Shown in pieces: positions 30,339 through 39,769 of a stretch of DNA of 64,000 nucleotides (positions within the stretch are counted from its first letter, which is position 1; each line of letters begins with the position of its first letter). The stretch is from Desulfopila sp. (GTDB lineage: Bacteria; Desulfobacterota; Desulfobulbia; Desulfobulbales; Desulfocapsaceae). The position numbers were made by a program, and so were the translations under genes. A model generated the notes under the pieces. It was given only the letters and a program-made list of their open reading frames with translations, did no database searches and was not told where the DNA came from. The stretch covers positions 1,318 to 65,317 of the forward strand of contig JBFHGS010000003.1 of the NCBI GenBank assembly GCA_041582995.1, read 5' to 3'.

Positions 30339-30511
30339 AAATGCACTGCTGGAATTTTCACTTGCATCGCAGTATGAATGTGGTATCAAATTGTAACCAT
30401 ACACTCTGCAGTTTATGCAAAGAAAACCTACGTCCCAGCCTCTTCTCTCTTGGCAGGTTCGGATGTTTCTCAGGTGCCAAAAATACACAATCCACGTAAG
30501 GAGATAGTAAG

Positions 30512-31162
30512 ATGAAAAAGTATTTGTCACACGCATCGCGGATTATTGTTATCGCGCTCACCCTCAGCCTCGCCGGCTGTGCAGGTCAGACAAACCAACA
30601 GCAGGGCACTGCAATTGGTGCCGGTGTCGGGGCAGGACTTGGCGCACTTCTCGGCCAGGCTATTGGTGGCAACACAGAAGCAACCATACTCGGCGCAGGA
30701 GTAGGAGCTGCACTTGGTGGTATTACAGGCAATCAAGTTGGTCGGTACATGGATCAGCAGGAACAGGAGCTGCGCAGCGCCATCGCATCTTCTGAAGCCG
30801 CCAGCATCCGGAGAGATGAAGACGTCCTTACCGCGACCTTCAAGGCTGAAACGTTCTTTGATTACAACTCTTCGAATTTGAAACCCGGTGCATACACAGA
30901 AATTTCCAGAGTAGCCAACGTCCTGAACAAGTATCCGCAGACCCGTATACAGGTTGCAGGTCATACTGATTCAAAAGGTTCAGAGGAATATAACCTTCGT
31001 CTCTCACAGAGTCGTGCTGATGCAGTAAAGAATGCTCTTGCTCAACGGGGTGTTGACCCTGCACGAATTGAAACGATCGGTTTCGGAGAATCATCACCTA
31101 TTTCCTCAAGTGATGCTATGAACAGACGAGTTGAGATTATCATCGTTCCTGTTCAGGCCTGA
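30512..31162 (+). CDS. OmpA-family lipoprotein with glycine-zipper region
   Basis: Lipobox LSLAGC. GAGVGAGLGALLGQAIGG glycine zipper. OmpA_C motifs NSSNLKP, VAGHTDSKGSEEYNLRLSQSRADAV, RRVEI. Confidence 0.88.
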   Translation: MKKYLSHASRIIVIALTLSLAGCAGQTNQQQGTAIGAGVGAGLGALLGQAIGGNTEATILGAGVGAALGGITGNQVGRYMDQQEQELRSAIASSEAASIRRDEDVLTATFKAETFFDYNSSNLKPGAYTEISRVANVLNKYPQTRIQVAGHTDSKGSEEYNLRLSQSRADAVKNALAQRGVDPARIETIGFGESSPISSSDAMNRRVEIIIVPVQA

Positions 31163-31181
31163 TATAGCCACTGTTTCACAT

Positions 31182-31231
31182 AAAAAAAGTCCCCGGTTCG
31201 TGCATCTGCGTCGTTCCGGGGACTTTTTTTA
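31182..31231. terminator. bidirectional rho-independent terminator between convergent OmpA-like and transglycosylase genes
   Basis: AAAAAAAGTCCCCGG-19 nt-CCGGGGACTTTTTTT. Confidence 0.8.
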
Positions 31232-31282
31232 TTCTCTGCTCACAACGATAATGTAATGAAAATACAACGGCCAAGCTTTTGG

Positions 31283-32506
31283 CTACTTCTGCAACGCCTC
31301 AAGAATAGCCCGTGACGGCATACCATTAACCTGACGGCCCTTCTGCTTTTCAAATTCCCGTATCGCGGCTTTTGATTCTGTACCGAGATAACCATCAATT
31401 TCGCCGTTGTAGTACCCCTGGTTTTTCAATAGTCGTTGCAACTCGATATTCTCATCCGCAGATAAGGAATCTTTTGGTCGTGGCCAGGCTTGAACCAGAC
31501 CTTCTATTCCTGCAATCCTGTCAGCAAGCAACCCTACAGCCAGGGCATACTTATCAGAGTTGTTATAGCGCTTTATTACAAAAAAGTTTTTCAACATTAA
31601 AAATGCAGGACCATTCTCGCCAGCAAGTATTTTCAGTATGGCTTTATCATCAGGTCGCGGAAACTGCCTGTTACCAACACGCACAATACCCATCTTTTCC
31701 CACTCGGATAGTGTCCGTGTTTCCTCAGCGTACACACCTGCACCGGGGGGTAACTTTACTTCATAGCCCCAGGTTTTATCAGATTGCCAACCATTTTTCG
31801 CCAACAGGTTTGCAGCTGTAGCCAGAGCATCAGGCACGGAATTCCATATATCCCGACGACCATTTCCATCCATATCGACTGCATAGGCCAGATAGCTTGT
31901 CGGTATAAACTGGGTATGACCCATTGCCCCGGCCCAGGATCCTAAGAGATCATCGCGTGTAATATCCCCGGATTGGAGTATCTGCAACGTCGCTATAAGC
32001 TGATCACGTGCAAACTTTCTTCGTTTCTCATCCCCCCAGCCAAGCGTAGCCAAAGCCTGTGGAACATAATGCAGTCGGTCCTTTCGGCTGAGTACAGCGC
32101 CATAATTCGTTTCCATCGACCAGATTGCCAGCAAAATTGTCTTGCTTACACCAAATTGATTTTCAAGCAAAACCAGTGTCGGCATATGAAGCTCTGCCTT
32201 TTCAAGCCCGCGTTTGGTAGATAGCTGATTTACTCTGGTATCGAGATACTGCCACACCTCCTGTATAAATTCAGGCTGGTACGATGCTCGCTCCAATACC
32301 AGCTTATCCGGCTCAGTAATCCCTGAAAAAGCAATATCCCATGTCTGTCGCGTTATGCCATTCCGTTCCGCTTCCGGGTAAAAAGCATTCAGCCACTCAA
32401 CAAATCCTTCATCCGCCCATGCTGCAGCACTTGTCAGAGCCATACTGACTGCTAACACACACACCATAATTGTCATGCGCATACTGTTGCCCAATCGTTT
32501 CTCCAT
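31283..32506 (-). CDS. lytic murein transglycosylase (MltB/SLT_2-like) with C-terminal peptidoglycan-binding domain
   Basis: Core block GAMGHTQFIPTSY read as MltB/SLT_2-type (family judgement by eye). C-terminal PG_binding_1-like LQRLLKNQGYYNGEIDGYLGTESKAAIREFE. Start uncertain (ATG 32506 or 32482). Confidence 0.85.
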   Translation of the reverse strand: MEKRLGNSMRMTIMVCVLAVSMALTSAAAWADEGFVEWLNAFYPEAERNGITRQTWDIAFSGITEPDKLVLERASYQPEFIQEVWQYLDTRVNQLSTKRGLEKAELHMPTLVLLENQFGVSKTILLAIWSMETNYGAVLSRKDRLHYVPQALATLGWGDEKRRKFARDQLIATLQILQSGDITRDDLLGSWAGAMGHTQFIPTSYLAYAVDMDGNGRRDIWNSVPDALATAANLLAKNGWQSDKTWGYEVKLPPGAGVYAEETRTLSEWEKMGIVRVGNRQFPRPDDKAILKILAGENGPAFLMLKNFFVIKRYNNSDKYALAVGLLADRIAGIEGLVQAWPRPKDSLSADENIELQRLLKNQGYYNGEIDGYLGTESKAAIREFEKQKGRQVNGMPSRAILEALQK

Positions 32507-32508
32507 AG

Positions 32509-32760
32509 CTATCGCCTTCTCGTCAGCAACCATCCGGTTGCCTGACAAGCCACACAACTGTTACCATCAAAAGCCTCACCGCTACCACTACATGCAGTAC
32601 ACTCTTTCCAATGTATCGGGTCGGTAGCATCCATATATGTTCCCCCGCAGTGACGCTCACCCCGTCGGACTCTGCATGGTTGAAGAATATCTATTTTGTC
32701 AAACGAATAGCTGATGCAATCTGTACAGACTGCAACCGGCCTCTTTCTGCTCCCCGTCAT
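32509..32760 (-). CDS. small Cys-rich zinc-ribbon-like protein (83 aa) with DnaJ-type CxxCxGxG-like repeats
   Basis: CTDC, CTACSGSG, CVACQATG motifs. ATG 32760 with AGAGGAAA upstream. Stop lies 2 nt before the likely transglycosylase start. Confidence 0.5.
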   Translation of the reverse strand: MTGSRKRPVAVCTDCISYSFDKIDILQPCRVRRGERHCGGTYMDATDPIHWKECTACSGSGEAFDGNSCVACQATGWLLTRRR

Positions 32761-32787
32761 ATATTTCCTCTTGCTGAAATATGCCGA

Positions 32788-33456
32788 TTACTTTCCATTC
32801 AGAATTTTTTCTATTTCCACATAGTCTGCAAGGCTTCCATTTCCAACCTTCACCAGTATTTCTGCATTGGCCAGACACTCACTCAGCCTTTCCTGAGCAT
32901 TATTTTCATACAGGATCATCAACAGATCAAAAAACAATTGTGATCGCCCGATGCATCTTTCAGCAAGAGCCTTTCTTCCAACATCATCATCCTGAAGCCC
33001 CTGTTCCAGTACCTGCTGCATCTTCTCGATCACCTCCGCAGGCCTGGTGCATGTTCTCAACACTTCTGCGGCAATGACTGGGGAATCTGCGGCAGCCGCC
33101 AGCTGAGGATCGGCATTCATATCCCCGCTACTTCCAACAAGCAGCCGTTCAAGATATCCTCTGCCCTCAGAGTCCTTTGCACCACGTGCGATGATATTCC
33201 TGATTATATCAACAGGCACATCTTCGATATTACAGAGCAATCTTAACAGACCATAGCTCTTATCACCTGCCAGGTAATCCGGTAAAATTGTTGGCCCCAT
33301 AGCCGCAGTTGCCAGCCATGGATATTTGCTTATGTACACATCCAGCTCTGCCCACGATTTCTGCTCGGCATAAGCCAACACCTGTTTCCAGTACTTATCC
33401 CGCATTGATCGCTGCGAAAGCATCTTTTTGCCTGCCAACTTCAGTTTTTTCCCCAT
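32788..33456 (-). CDS. hypothetical protein (222 aa, predicted helical)
   Basis: ORF track only. No recognisable motif. Co-oriented with the two genes above. Confidence 0.5.
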   Translation of the reverse strand: MGKKLKLAGKKMLSQRSMRDKYWKQVLAYAEQKSWAELDVYISKYPWLATAAMGPTILPDYLAGDKSYGLLRLLCNIEDVPVDIIRNIIARGAKDSEGRGYLERLLVGSSGDMNADPQLAAAADSPVIAAEVLRTCTRPAEVIEKMQQVLEQGLQDDDVGRKALAERCIGRSQLFFDLLMILYENNAQERLSECLANAEILVKVGNGSLADYVEIEKILNGK

Positions 33457-33880
33457 TCCGCTTCCATTTTAATAATTGATAATTCATTCATGCCTGCACA
33501 CTTGCTGATTTCTCTTTTGCCTCAAAGTGATTTGCATCTGAACTGTCCTATATTCTTACCATCTTGAAGCTAAAATTACCATGAGAACAGGATTACCTGT
33601 ACCAGTGTAGCCTTTCGCGTGTAACGTTTCTGAAGTTAAATGTATACATTTCACATCGTCGCCAGCCCCCCTCAATCATAACTGACAGATGCAGTTCATC
33701 ATGTACAGCGACGCCCCGTACCACTACGTATCAACTCACTGTTTTTATTTTATTTAATCAGGTAACAATCTTTCATAACATGCATAATGCGGTTGCGATT
33801 TAGTCGTTGAAGAGTTACCTCTAAAAGCTAGAATCTCTCATTTACCTCCCCATTCATTCTACTACATAAAGGAGAACACT

Positions 33881-34231
33881 ATGGCCAGTTTCCTGTTTGT
33901 TTTACGTCACAATGATTATGAGAAAGCTACCCGATGTTTTCAATTCGCTAAAATAGCTCACACCAAAGGGCACCATGTTAATCTGTTTTTCATAGACAGT
34001 GGTGTCGACTGGGCCGTGAAAGATCGTGATGGGAGTCAGAAAACTATCACAGGTGATTGCGTGAATGATTACCTTCCATATCTTGTAGAGAATGAGGTAA
34101 AAACAGGTGTATGTACCCCCTGCGCAAAAAATAGAAATCTCGATGAAGCAAGGTTTCACACTAATATGGCGCTTGATGGTGGACCTCATTTGATAGATAT
34201 GGCGGCTGAATCCAAAATTTTTAATTTCTGA
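33881..34231 (+). CDS. DsrE/DsrF/TusD-like sulfur-relay family protein
   Basis: 116 aa. N-terminal FLFVL...A.RCFQFA...GH.V.LFF...GV and C-terminal VC.PC...R.L......DGG...L......SKIFNF pattern typical of the family. AAGGAGA RBS. Confidence 0.55.
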   Translation: MASFLFVLRHNDYEKATRCFQFAKIAHTKGHHVNLFFIDSGVDWAVKDRDGSQKTITGDCVNDYLPYLVENEVKTGVCTPCAKNRNLDEARFHTNMALDGGPHLIDMAAESKIFNF

Positions 34232-34443
34232 TCCACCTTTCGACTTCCACGCTCATTTCGTATCTTGGGCGTGGAACTTCACTCTTAGTTTTCTCCTGCC
34301 ACTATTTTCCAACTTGCAGAAATACCGGGATACCAATATACTCCTGAAAACACAGCTGCAAATACGTACATATGTTTATACACACAAACACCTGTACACA
34401 TAAACCCCTATACATCTCCACTCTTACAAGTATTGATTCCGAT

Positions 34444-35151
34444 ATGTCTATATTCTCATTTGTACAAACGAAAGGTGGTACAGGCAAAACAACCCTTTCG
34501 CTCAGCGTTGCCTGCTCCAAAACCTTTAAAAAAACATACGGCCAGGTTGCTCTGGTAGAACTGGATTCCCAAGGTACGCTCGCAGACTGGATAGGTGAGC
34601 GGATTGCAAACAAAAGGAAAATGAAAAATCTTTCCTACTTTCAGCTTGCAGGTCTTGAACTCGACGTCCTCACCGCCAAACTTGAAAAAATAATAGCTGA
34701 ACATGAAGCTGTAATTCTTGACGTCCCGGGTGAATCAGTTGGAGGTTTTGCAACAAAACTTGCCTTGAACCTTTCAGATCTCGTTCTTTTACCCATGCGC
34801 ACTTCAACCAATGACGAAGCAAGTTTTGGCAGAAATCTCTGGCCGGTTATTCAGGAAGGATTGAAAATTAACCGGGCACGATTTGCGATCATCCCGACAT
34901 TCGTACACCCTCAGACAAACACGAATAATGTTAACGCCTATTTCAGTAGTATCATGCCTGACCAGATCAGTTGTCTTCAAAATGCCCTGCCCACACGAGC
35001 CGCCTTTGAAAACTTTAATCGCGACGGAATGACTCTTGAAGAATATGCTGCCAGTGTACGCACCAACGGCCGCCTCTCAAAGCAGGCTAAAAATGCAACT
35101 CAGGATATCGAATCGATTGCCATAGAGGTAATAGACTTCATTAAGGATTAA
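34444..35151 (+). CDS. ParA/MinD-superfamily ATPase (deviant Walker A)
   Basis: SIFSFVQTKGGTGKTTLSL (KGGxGKT). Walker B-like AVILDVPG. Start set at MSIFSF (ATG 34444). Confidence 0.85.
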   Translation: MSIFSFVQTKGGTGKTTLSLSVACSKTFKKTYGQVALVELDSQGTLADWIGERIANKRKMKNLSYFQLAGLELDVLTAKLEKIIAEHEAVILDVPGESVGGFATKLALNLSDLVLLPMRTSTNDEASFGRNLWPVIQEGLKINRARFAIIPTFVHPQTNTNNVNAYFSSIMPDQISCLQNALPTRAAFENFNRDGMTLEEYAASVRTNGRLSKQAKNATQDIESIAIEVIDFIKD

Positions 35152-35153
35152 AC

Positions 35154-35471
35154 ATGGCCCTGCCCAAAACCAAAAAAAAAATAGTCCCTGATATCAGTTC
35201 TGCCGTACAACGGGCTGCCGAAAATTCCGAATTGGCTGGAAAACCGACAAGCCAGCAGGAAAGCACATCCCGTAATAAAGGTGGAAGACCAAGCCCCAGA
35301 CAAGGGAACGTGGTTCGTCAAACTCTACTACTAAGTGAAGAAACTGCCGAACGTCTCACCATGGCATATGCAGCCGAACAGAATAAAAGACGCAAAATTG
35401 GTAAGAAACTCGACAAATCACAGCTTATAGAAGAAATGGTCATCAACTGGCTTGACATACAGGGCTTCTAA
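35154..35471 (+). CDS. small basic partner protein, possible ribbon-helix-helix (ParG/CopG-like) C-terminus
   Basis: Starts 3 nt after the parA-like stop. Disordered K/R/S-rich N-terminus. C-terminal VRQTLLLSEETAERLTMAY...LIEEMVINWL fits a strand-helix-helix pattern. Confidence 0.5.
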   Translation: MALPKTKKKIVPDISSAVQRAAENSELAGKPTSQQESTSRNKGGRPSPRQGNVVRQTLLLSEETAERLTMAYAAEQNKRRKIGKKLDKSQLIEEMVINWLDIQGF

Positions 35472-35859
35472 GCCTTTTTCTCCTGAACATTATGTTAACT
35501 CTGAAAAGCCTCTGTACTTCTTGAATTCACCAGAGATTAGTTCATGCGATGCACTATTATTCAGTCTATTGCCATAAAACATGGGGAGCTGTTGTCTGCT
35601 GACAAAATCAAAACCTTGCATCGCGTGATATGATGAGAAATGCGGAGTAACCAAAAGTTCTCACCACGCATATAAGAGCAACACTGGATTTTCAGAAACG
35701 CATCATAATTATACGTCTGAACATTTCTCATTTTGCGTAAATCACCTATACTGATTATATAGAAATAATTAATTGTTTCGATGAAATGAGAGAGCACTTA
35801 TACATAAATCTATTGCAGGATACTATCGCAGTTTACTCTACTTGCACGGGAGGAACACA

Positions 35860-36477
35860 GTGACGATTATCAAGCATGATTTCCAGGCAGAAAAGCACGT
35901 TCAGAGTCAAAACGACAAGAAGACAAAAGAGATTCCCGGGTACCAGTTACGTTTTGATCTTGATTACTCGTCACCTGCCATCTGGCGAACAGTCCGCGTC
36001 CCAGGAACTCTGACGTTACAGGCACTCCACTCAATTTTGCAAGTTTGCTTTGGCTGGAACGATGACGCCACATATCGTTTTCTTGTTGGCAAAATGTATT
36101 ACGGACCGGACAGCAACCAGGTGTCTGAAAACATTTTCAATGCCTCAGAAGTTCAGCTGCATGAACTGGAAAAAGGAATGGGGTTTATATTTGCGTACAT
36201 ATACGACGGTGGCAATGGCTGGGAATGTGAAATAACCCTTGAAGAGATCCTTTCTGCCAACGACAAAATTCCATACCCACAGCTACTCACCGCACACCAG
36301 GGACGCCCGCCTGCAAGCTTCGACGACATCCATGAATACCAGGAATTTCTTGCCATTCTGAATGATTCAGCTACAGACAGGGCAAGCGTACTGGCCAGGC
36401 ATAACCTTGCGGACTCCTACGATCCTGAATTCTGTGACATTGAATCTTTGAAGAAACAACTAAAATCAATTTCCTGA
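35860..36477 (+). CDS. pRiA4b ORF-3-like (PRiA4_ORF3 / DUF-type) domain protein
   Basis: YQLRFDLDYSSPAIWRTVRVPGTLTLQALHSILQVCFGWNDDATYRF matches the family hallmark (Y.L...L....P.IWRR..VP....L..LH..IQ...GW...HL..F). Start set at GTG 35860, 6 nt after GGGAGGA. Confidence 0.65.
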   Translation: MTIIKHDFQAEKHVQSQNDKKTKEIPGYQLRFDLDYSSPAIWRTVRVPGTLTLQALHSILQVCFGWNDDATYRFLVGKMYYGPDSNQVSENIFNASEVQLHELEKGMGFIFAYIYDGGNGWECEITLEEILSANDKIPYPQLLTAHQGRPPASFDDIHEYQEFLAILNDSATDRASVLARHNLADSYDPEFCDIESLKKQLKSIS

Positions 36478-36535
36478 AATATTACTGAAGCTTCAACCAC
36501 CTTTTATAACATTTTTTTGACTTAAGGAAAGTTCC

Positions 36536-37195
36536 ATGCCCCTGCTTCCTTCCATTGAACATGAAACAACCACTTCCGTCGATGCTGCCATAATCTGGCT
36601 GCATGGACTTGGTGCCGACGGACATGACTTTGCACCCATAGTCCCACAACTCAACCTTCCGAAAGGTCTGGGAATACGTTTTATTTTCCCCCATGCTCCA
36701 CAGATCCCGGTGACTGTAAATGGCGGTTATGTAATGCCTGCATGGTACGACATTCTGGAAATGAAAATAGACAGGCGTGTTGACTCCAAACAGCTTCTCG
36801 CTTCTGCCCAAGCTATCTCCCTCCTTATAGAGCACCAGATAGACCGTGGCATCGATAGCAAACGAATACTTATTGCCGGTTTTTCTCAGGGCGGAGCAGT
36901 TGCCTACCAGACATGCCTCAGCTTCCCAAAGCCGCTTGGAGGTCTTCTGGCAATGTCTACCTACTTTGCAACCAGCGATTCAATTGAACTGAACGCCGCC
37001 AACTACAGTATTCCAGTTGAGATCCATCATGGAAGTTTTGATCCGGTAGTCCCTGAGCAACTCGGACAAAAAGCGCATACATTTCTAAGCGACAAAGGGT
37101 ATACCGTCAATTACCGATCCTACCCCATGGAGCACAATGTCTGCCCTCAGCAAATTAGCGCGATATCCTTTTGGATCCAGGAAATTTTGGCATAA
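36536..37195 (+). CDS. carboxylesterase / phospholipase family alpha/beta hydrolase (Abhydrolase_2)
   Basis: IIWLHGLGADGHDF, nucleophile elbow GFSQGG, C-terminal HG..D..V and H. Confidence 0.85.
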   Translation: MPLLPSIEHETTTSVDAAIIWLHGLGADGHDFAPIVPQLNLPKGLGIRFIFPHAPQIPVTVNGGYVMPAWYDILEMKIDRRVDSKQLLASAQAISLLIEHQIDRGIDSKRILIAGFSQGGAVAYQTCLSFPKPLGGLLAMSTYFATSDSIELNAANYSIPVEIHHGSFDPVVPEQLGQKAHTFLSDKGYTVNYRSYPMEHNVCPQQISAISFWIQEILA

Positions 37196-37314
37196 TTTAC
37201 TCTCACCTCAACACACTGTAAAGATGCTACCCATCGACATTTCTCAAATATATCCACCGGTATTCCTTTTTAAAACATATAGGCAATCTCAGCCAGATAC
37301 ACACGTAACGACTT

Positions 37315-39204
37315 ATGGTCCATTTTCTTAGGAGAAGCTTTGCAATACTCCTTGGCCTTGTTTTTGCTCTGGGGGGTGCGTTTCTTTTCTTTCAGACATC
37401 CGTACCAACGTTTAAAAGCTGGCAGGAAATGCGAACATGGCAGTCAGCTCAAGCAGAAATTCTCAGTGTCGGCGGTACCGATTCGACAACCACGGCATCA
37501 TATCGGTACATATATCTTGGAACAAAATATCAAAACAACAGGGTATATGTAGCATCATTTAATGATTCTATCGGCAACTATCATAAACATCTGCATAACA
37601 GACTTCAAAATCTCCTCCAGCAGGGAAATTCAACAATTATCTGGCTCGACCCTACAAACCCGCAGAACGCAGTTCTTGATCGCGATATGCGATGGGGACT
37701 CTTTGCCCTGACAACGGCTTTTTGTTCGGTTTTTTTGGGCGTAGGTATTCTCCTCATATTGTCTGCTCTATCCCATAAAAAACCTGCCTCAGCCCTTACT
37801 CGCAAAGCGATTCAGGAGCTGAAAAGAGAATGGTTCATCCGCAGGAAAAGTGCTCACAACGCTGTAAACCTCCAAGAATTCATGCAGCAAAAGATACACG
37901 TTGCTCTGCACCACAATGCTGCATCGACGCGGGAAAACTCAGGAACAGCATGGCAGCTCAGAAAAGGTTGGAAAACTCCACGTATTCGATCTGATGCCAA
38001 ATCAAGTACCAGAATCATGTGGTTCTTTGCCATTATTTGGAATGGTATCAGCCTCCCCGTTCTCTTCGCTTTTTCCAGAGAATGGCAGAGTGGTAATTAT
38101 GCAATTCTTTTAGCCTTGCTTTTTCCACTTACAGGAATGTGGCTGGTGTATAAGGCAATCACCCAGAGTCGTGAATTTCTTCGTTTCGGTATTGTCGAAC
38201 TCACTATGGACCCATTCCCCGGCAGCATCGGAGGACATATAGGCGGTACAATCGAGCTGAAAGGTGTTCATCAGAGCAATGCTGTTTTCCGGGTTGAACT
38301 TGAATGTGTCTATAGTTACATGTCCGGCAGTGGCAACGACAGGTCAAGACGCGAAAATATACTATGGGCAGAAGCAGGCTGTCCTGCATCAAACAGGACC
38401 TCAGCAGGTACTATTCTCTCTTTTCGCTTTACCATCCCGGACTCTCTCCCTGAAGCTGACATTCAACAGACCGGTGACTATTACTTCTGGCGATTGAACA
38501 TCACCGCTGATATCATCGGAGCGGATTTTAACAGATCATATAACATTCCGGTTTTCGCAACTGCTGAGCAATCACACTCTATACACCTTGATATCAGCCG
38601 ACAGACAGAAGAACATCTCAAAGAAACAGCTGCACGTCACAAAATGGCAGTCAATAGAGGTAAATTTGAAGACACACCATTGGCAAGAGCCGTTCGGTTA
38701 CAAAAACATGATAGAGAGATGAGCCTCTATTTCCCTATGTTCAGAAATAAGATGCTTACCGCTTTTGCCTTGGTATTTGCGGGTGGCTTCGGTTTCGCCA
38801 CGTTCGGAATCACCAACACCTTTGATTCCACAACCATTTTCAGGATACTTTCACTGCTCTTCAGCCTGCCATTCGGCCTGGTTGCACTCTTTTCGACTAT
38901 TGCTGCTATCTATCTGCCCCTCAACAATCTCAAAGTCACCATAAGTCGCGGCCAGGTGCGTATTCGAAGACGTATCTTCCTGTTTCCTGTCTACATTAAG
39001 ACTTTTTACAGCAGAGACCTTGTGGACATTACCCTAAAGCAATCAGGCAGCACTGGCCAGGGTACCAGAAAGATTGTTCACTACAAATTGCTCGCCGAGA
39101 CCAGACAAGCTACCTCAGTCACAATTGCTGAAGATATCGACGGTGAAGAACTCGCCAAACAGTTACGCGACTACCTCCTGCAACGAATTCGCTCCGGATA
39201 TTAA
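37315..39204 (+). CDS. large multi-TM membrane protein with DUF3592-like N-terminal module
   Basis: N-terminal TM followed by W....A.I......YRYIYLGTKYQNNRV pattern seen in DUF3592. Further TM clusters mid-protein and at the C-terminus. Confidence 0.5.
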   Translation: MVHFLRRSFAILLGLVFALGGAFLFFQTSVPTFKSWQEMRTWQSAQAEILSVGGTDSTTTASYRYIYLGTKYQNNRVYVASFNDSIGNYHKHLHNRLQNLLQQGNSTIIWLDPTNPQNAVLDRDMRWGLFALTTAFCSVFLGVGILLILSALSHKKPASALTRKAIQELKREWFIRRKSAHNAVNLQEFMQQKIHVALHHNAASTRENSGTAWQLRKGWKTPRIRSDAKSSTRIMWFFAIIWNGISLPVLFAFSREWQSGNYAILLALLFPLTGMWLVYKAITQSREFLRFGIVELTMDPFPGSIGGHIGGTIELKGVHQSNAVFRVELECVYSYMSGSGNDRSRRENILWAEAGCPASNRTSAGTILSFRFTIPDSLPEADIQQTGDYYFWRLNITADIIGADFNRSYNIPVFATAEQSHSIHLDISRQTEEHLKETAARHKMAVNRGKFEDTPLARAVRLQKHDREMSLYFPMFRNKMLTAFALVFAGGFGFATFGITNTFDSTTIFRILSLLFSLPFGLVALFSTIAAIYLPLNNLKVTISRGQVRIRRRIFLFPVYIKTFYSRDLVDITLKQSGSTGQGTRKIVHYKLLAETRQATSVTIAEDIDGEELAKQLRDYLLQRIRSGY

Positions 39205-39238
39205 CTGTGCATCAAGGCTCATCTTCCTGAGAAAGTTC

Positions 39239-39523
39239 TTACTGATGCACTGTATATTTGAAGATGAAATACACACATGTCCCCAGCAACAGTGCAAGTA
39301 AATAGACCTGAAATGTGAAAAGGGATGTAAAAAAGGTTCGCACAAAAAGATCCATCCTGTTTTCAAGTGTTGCAGTGCCCTGTTTCACTTTGAGTTCATT
39401 CTTGGTCAACCGGCCCAAGGCCTTTCTCCTGTACAAGACAGGTGACAGACTAGCCAACAATGCATAACCAACTGCTACTATGATAAAAGCTAGCAGAAAC
39501 ACTTCCCAGAAATCAGCAGTCAT
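39239..39523 (-). CDS. small membrane protein (94 aa), hypothetical
   Basis: ORF track. Preferred start is ATG 39523 (GGAGGA 8 nt upstream). Two hydrophobic segments. Confidence 0.45.
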   Translation of the reverse strand: MTADFWEVFLLAFIIVAVGYALLASLSPVLYRRKALGRLTKNELKVKQGTATLENRMDLFVRTFFTSLFTFQVYLLALLLGTCVYFIFKYTVHQ

Positions 39524-39584
39524 GTGCTCGTTCCTCCATTTGGGCATACGTGAGCCTTGAAAAGGGTACTTACAAATACCTGCT

Positions 39585-39769
39585 TACCTCCTCTTTTTCA
39601 GTATGAATGATGAGGCGTTAGATTTTAGGAGAATACAATGCAGTGTTTTTTAGTCATTATTATTGCCGCGGATACGGTTACATATGTGCGACTTCGAGGA
39701 ATGGCGTTCACACCTCACTCTTCAATCCTTACGCGTCACCCAATCAAGCTGAAATTCAGGGGTAATCAG
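39585..39769 (+). repeat. dispersed element family, copy C (full-length reference copy)
   Basis: TACCTCCTCTTTTTCAgtatgaaTGATGAGGCGTTAG-85 nt core-GGAATGGCGTTCACACCTC-26 nt pyrimidine-rich-ATCAAGCTGAAATTCAGGGGTAATCAG. Confidence 0.75.

Noticed and set aside
33680-33770. Possible seventh, degenerate element copy (GATGCAGTTCATCATG ... TTTAATCAGGTAACAATC).
   Set aside because: Only about 12 nt of arm 2 match. Arms 1 and 3 are not recognisable. Too weak to call without a profile search.
35561-35797. 78-aa minus-strand ORF between the RHH-like gene and the PRiA4_ORF3 gene.
   Set aside because: No SD, implausible composition, opposite to the flanking co-oriented genes.
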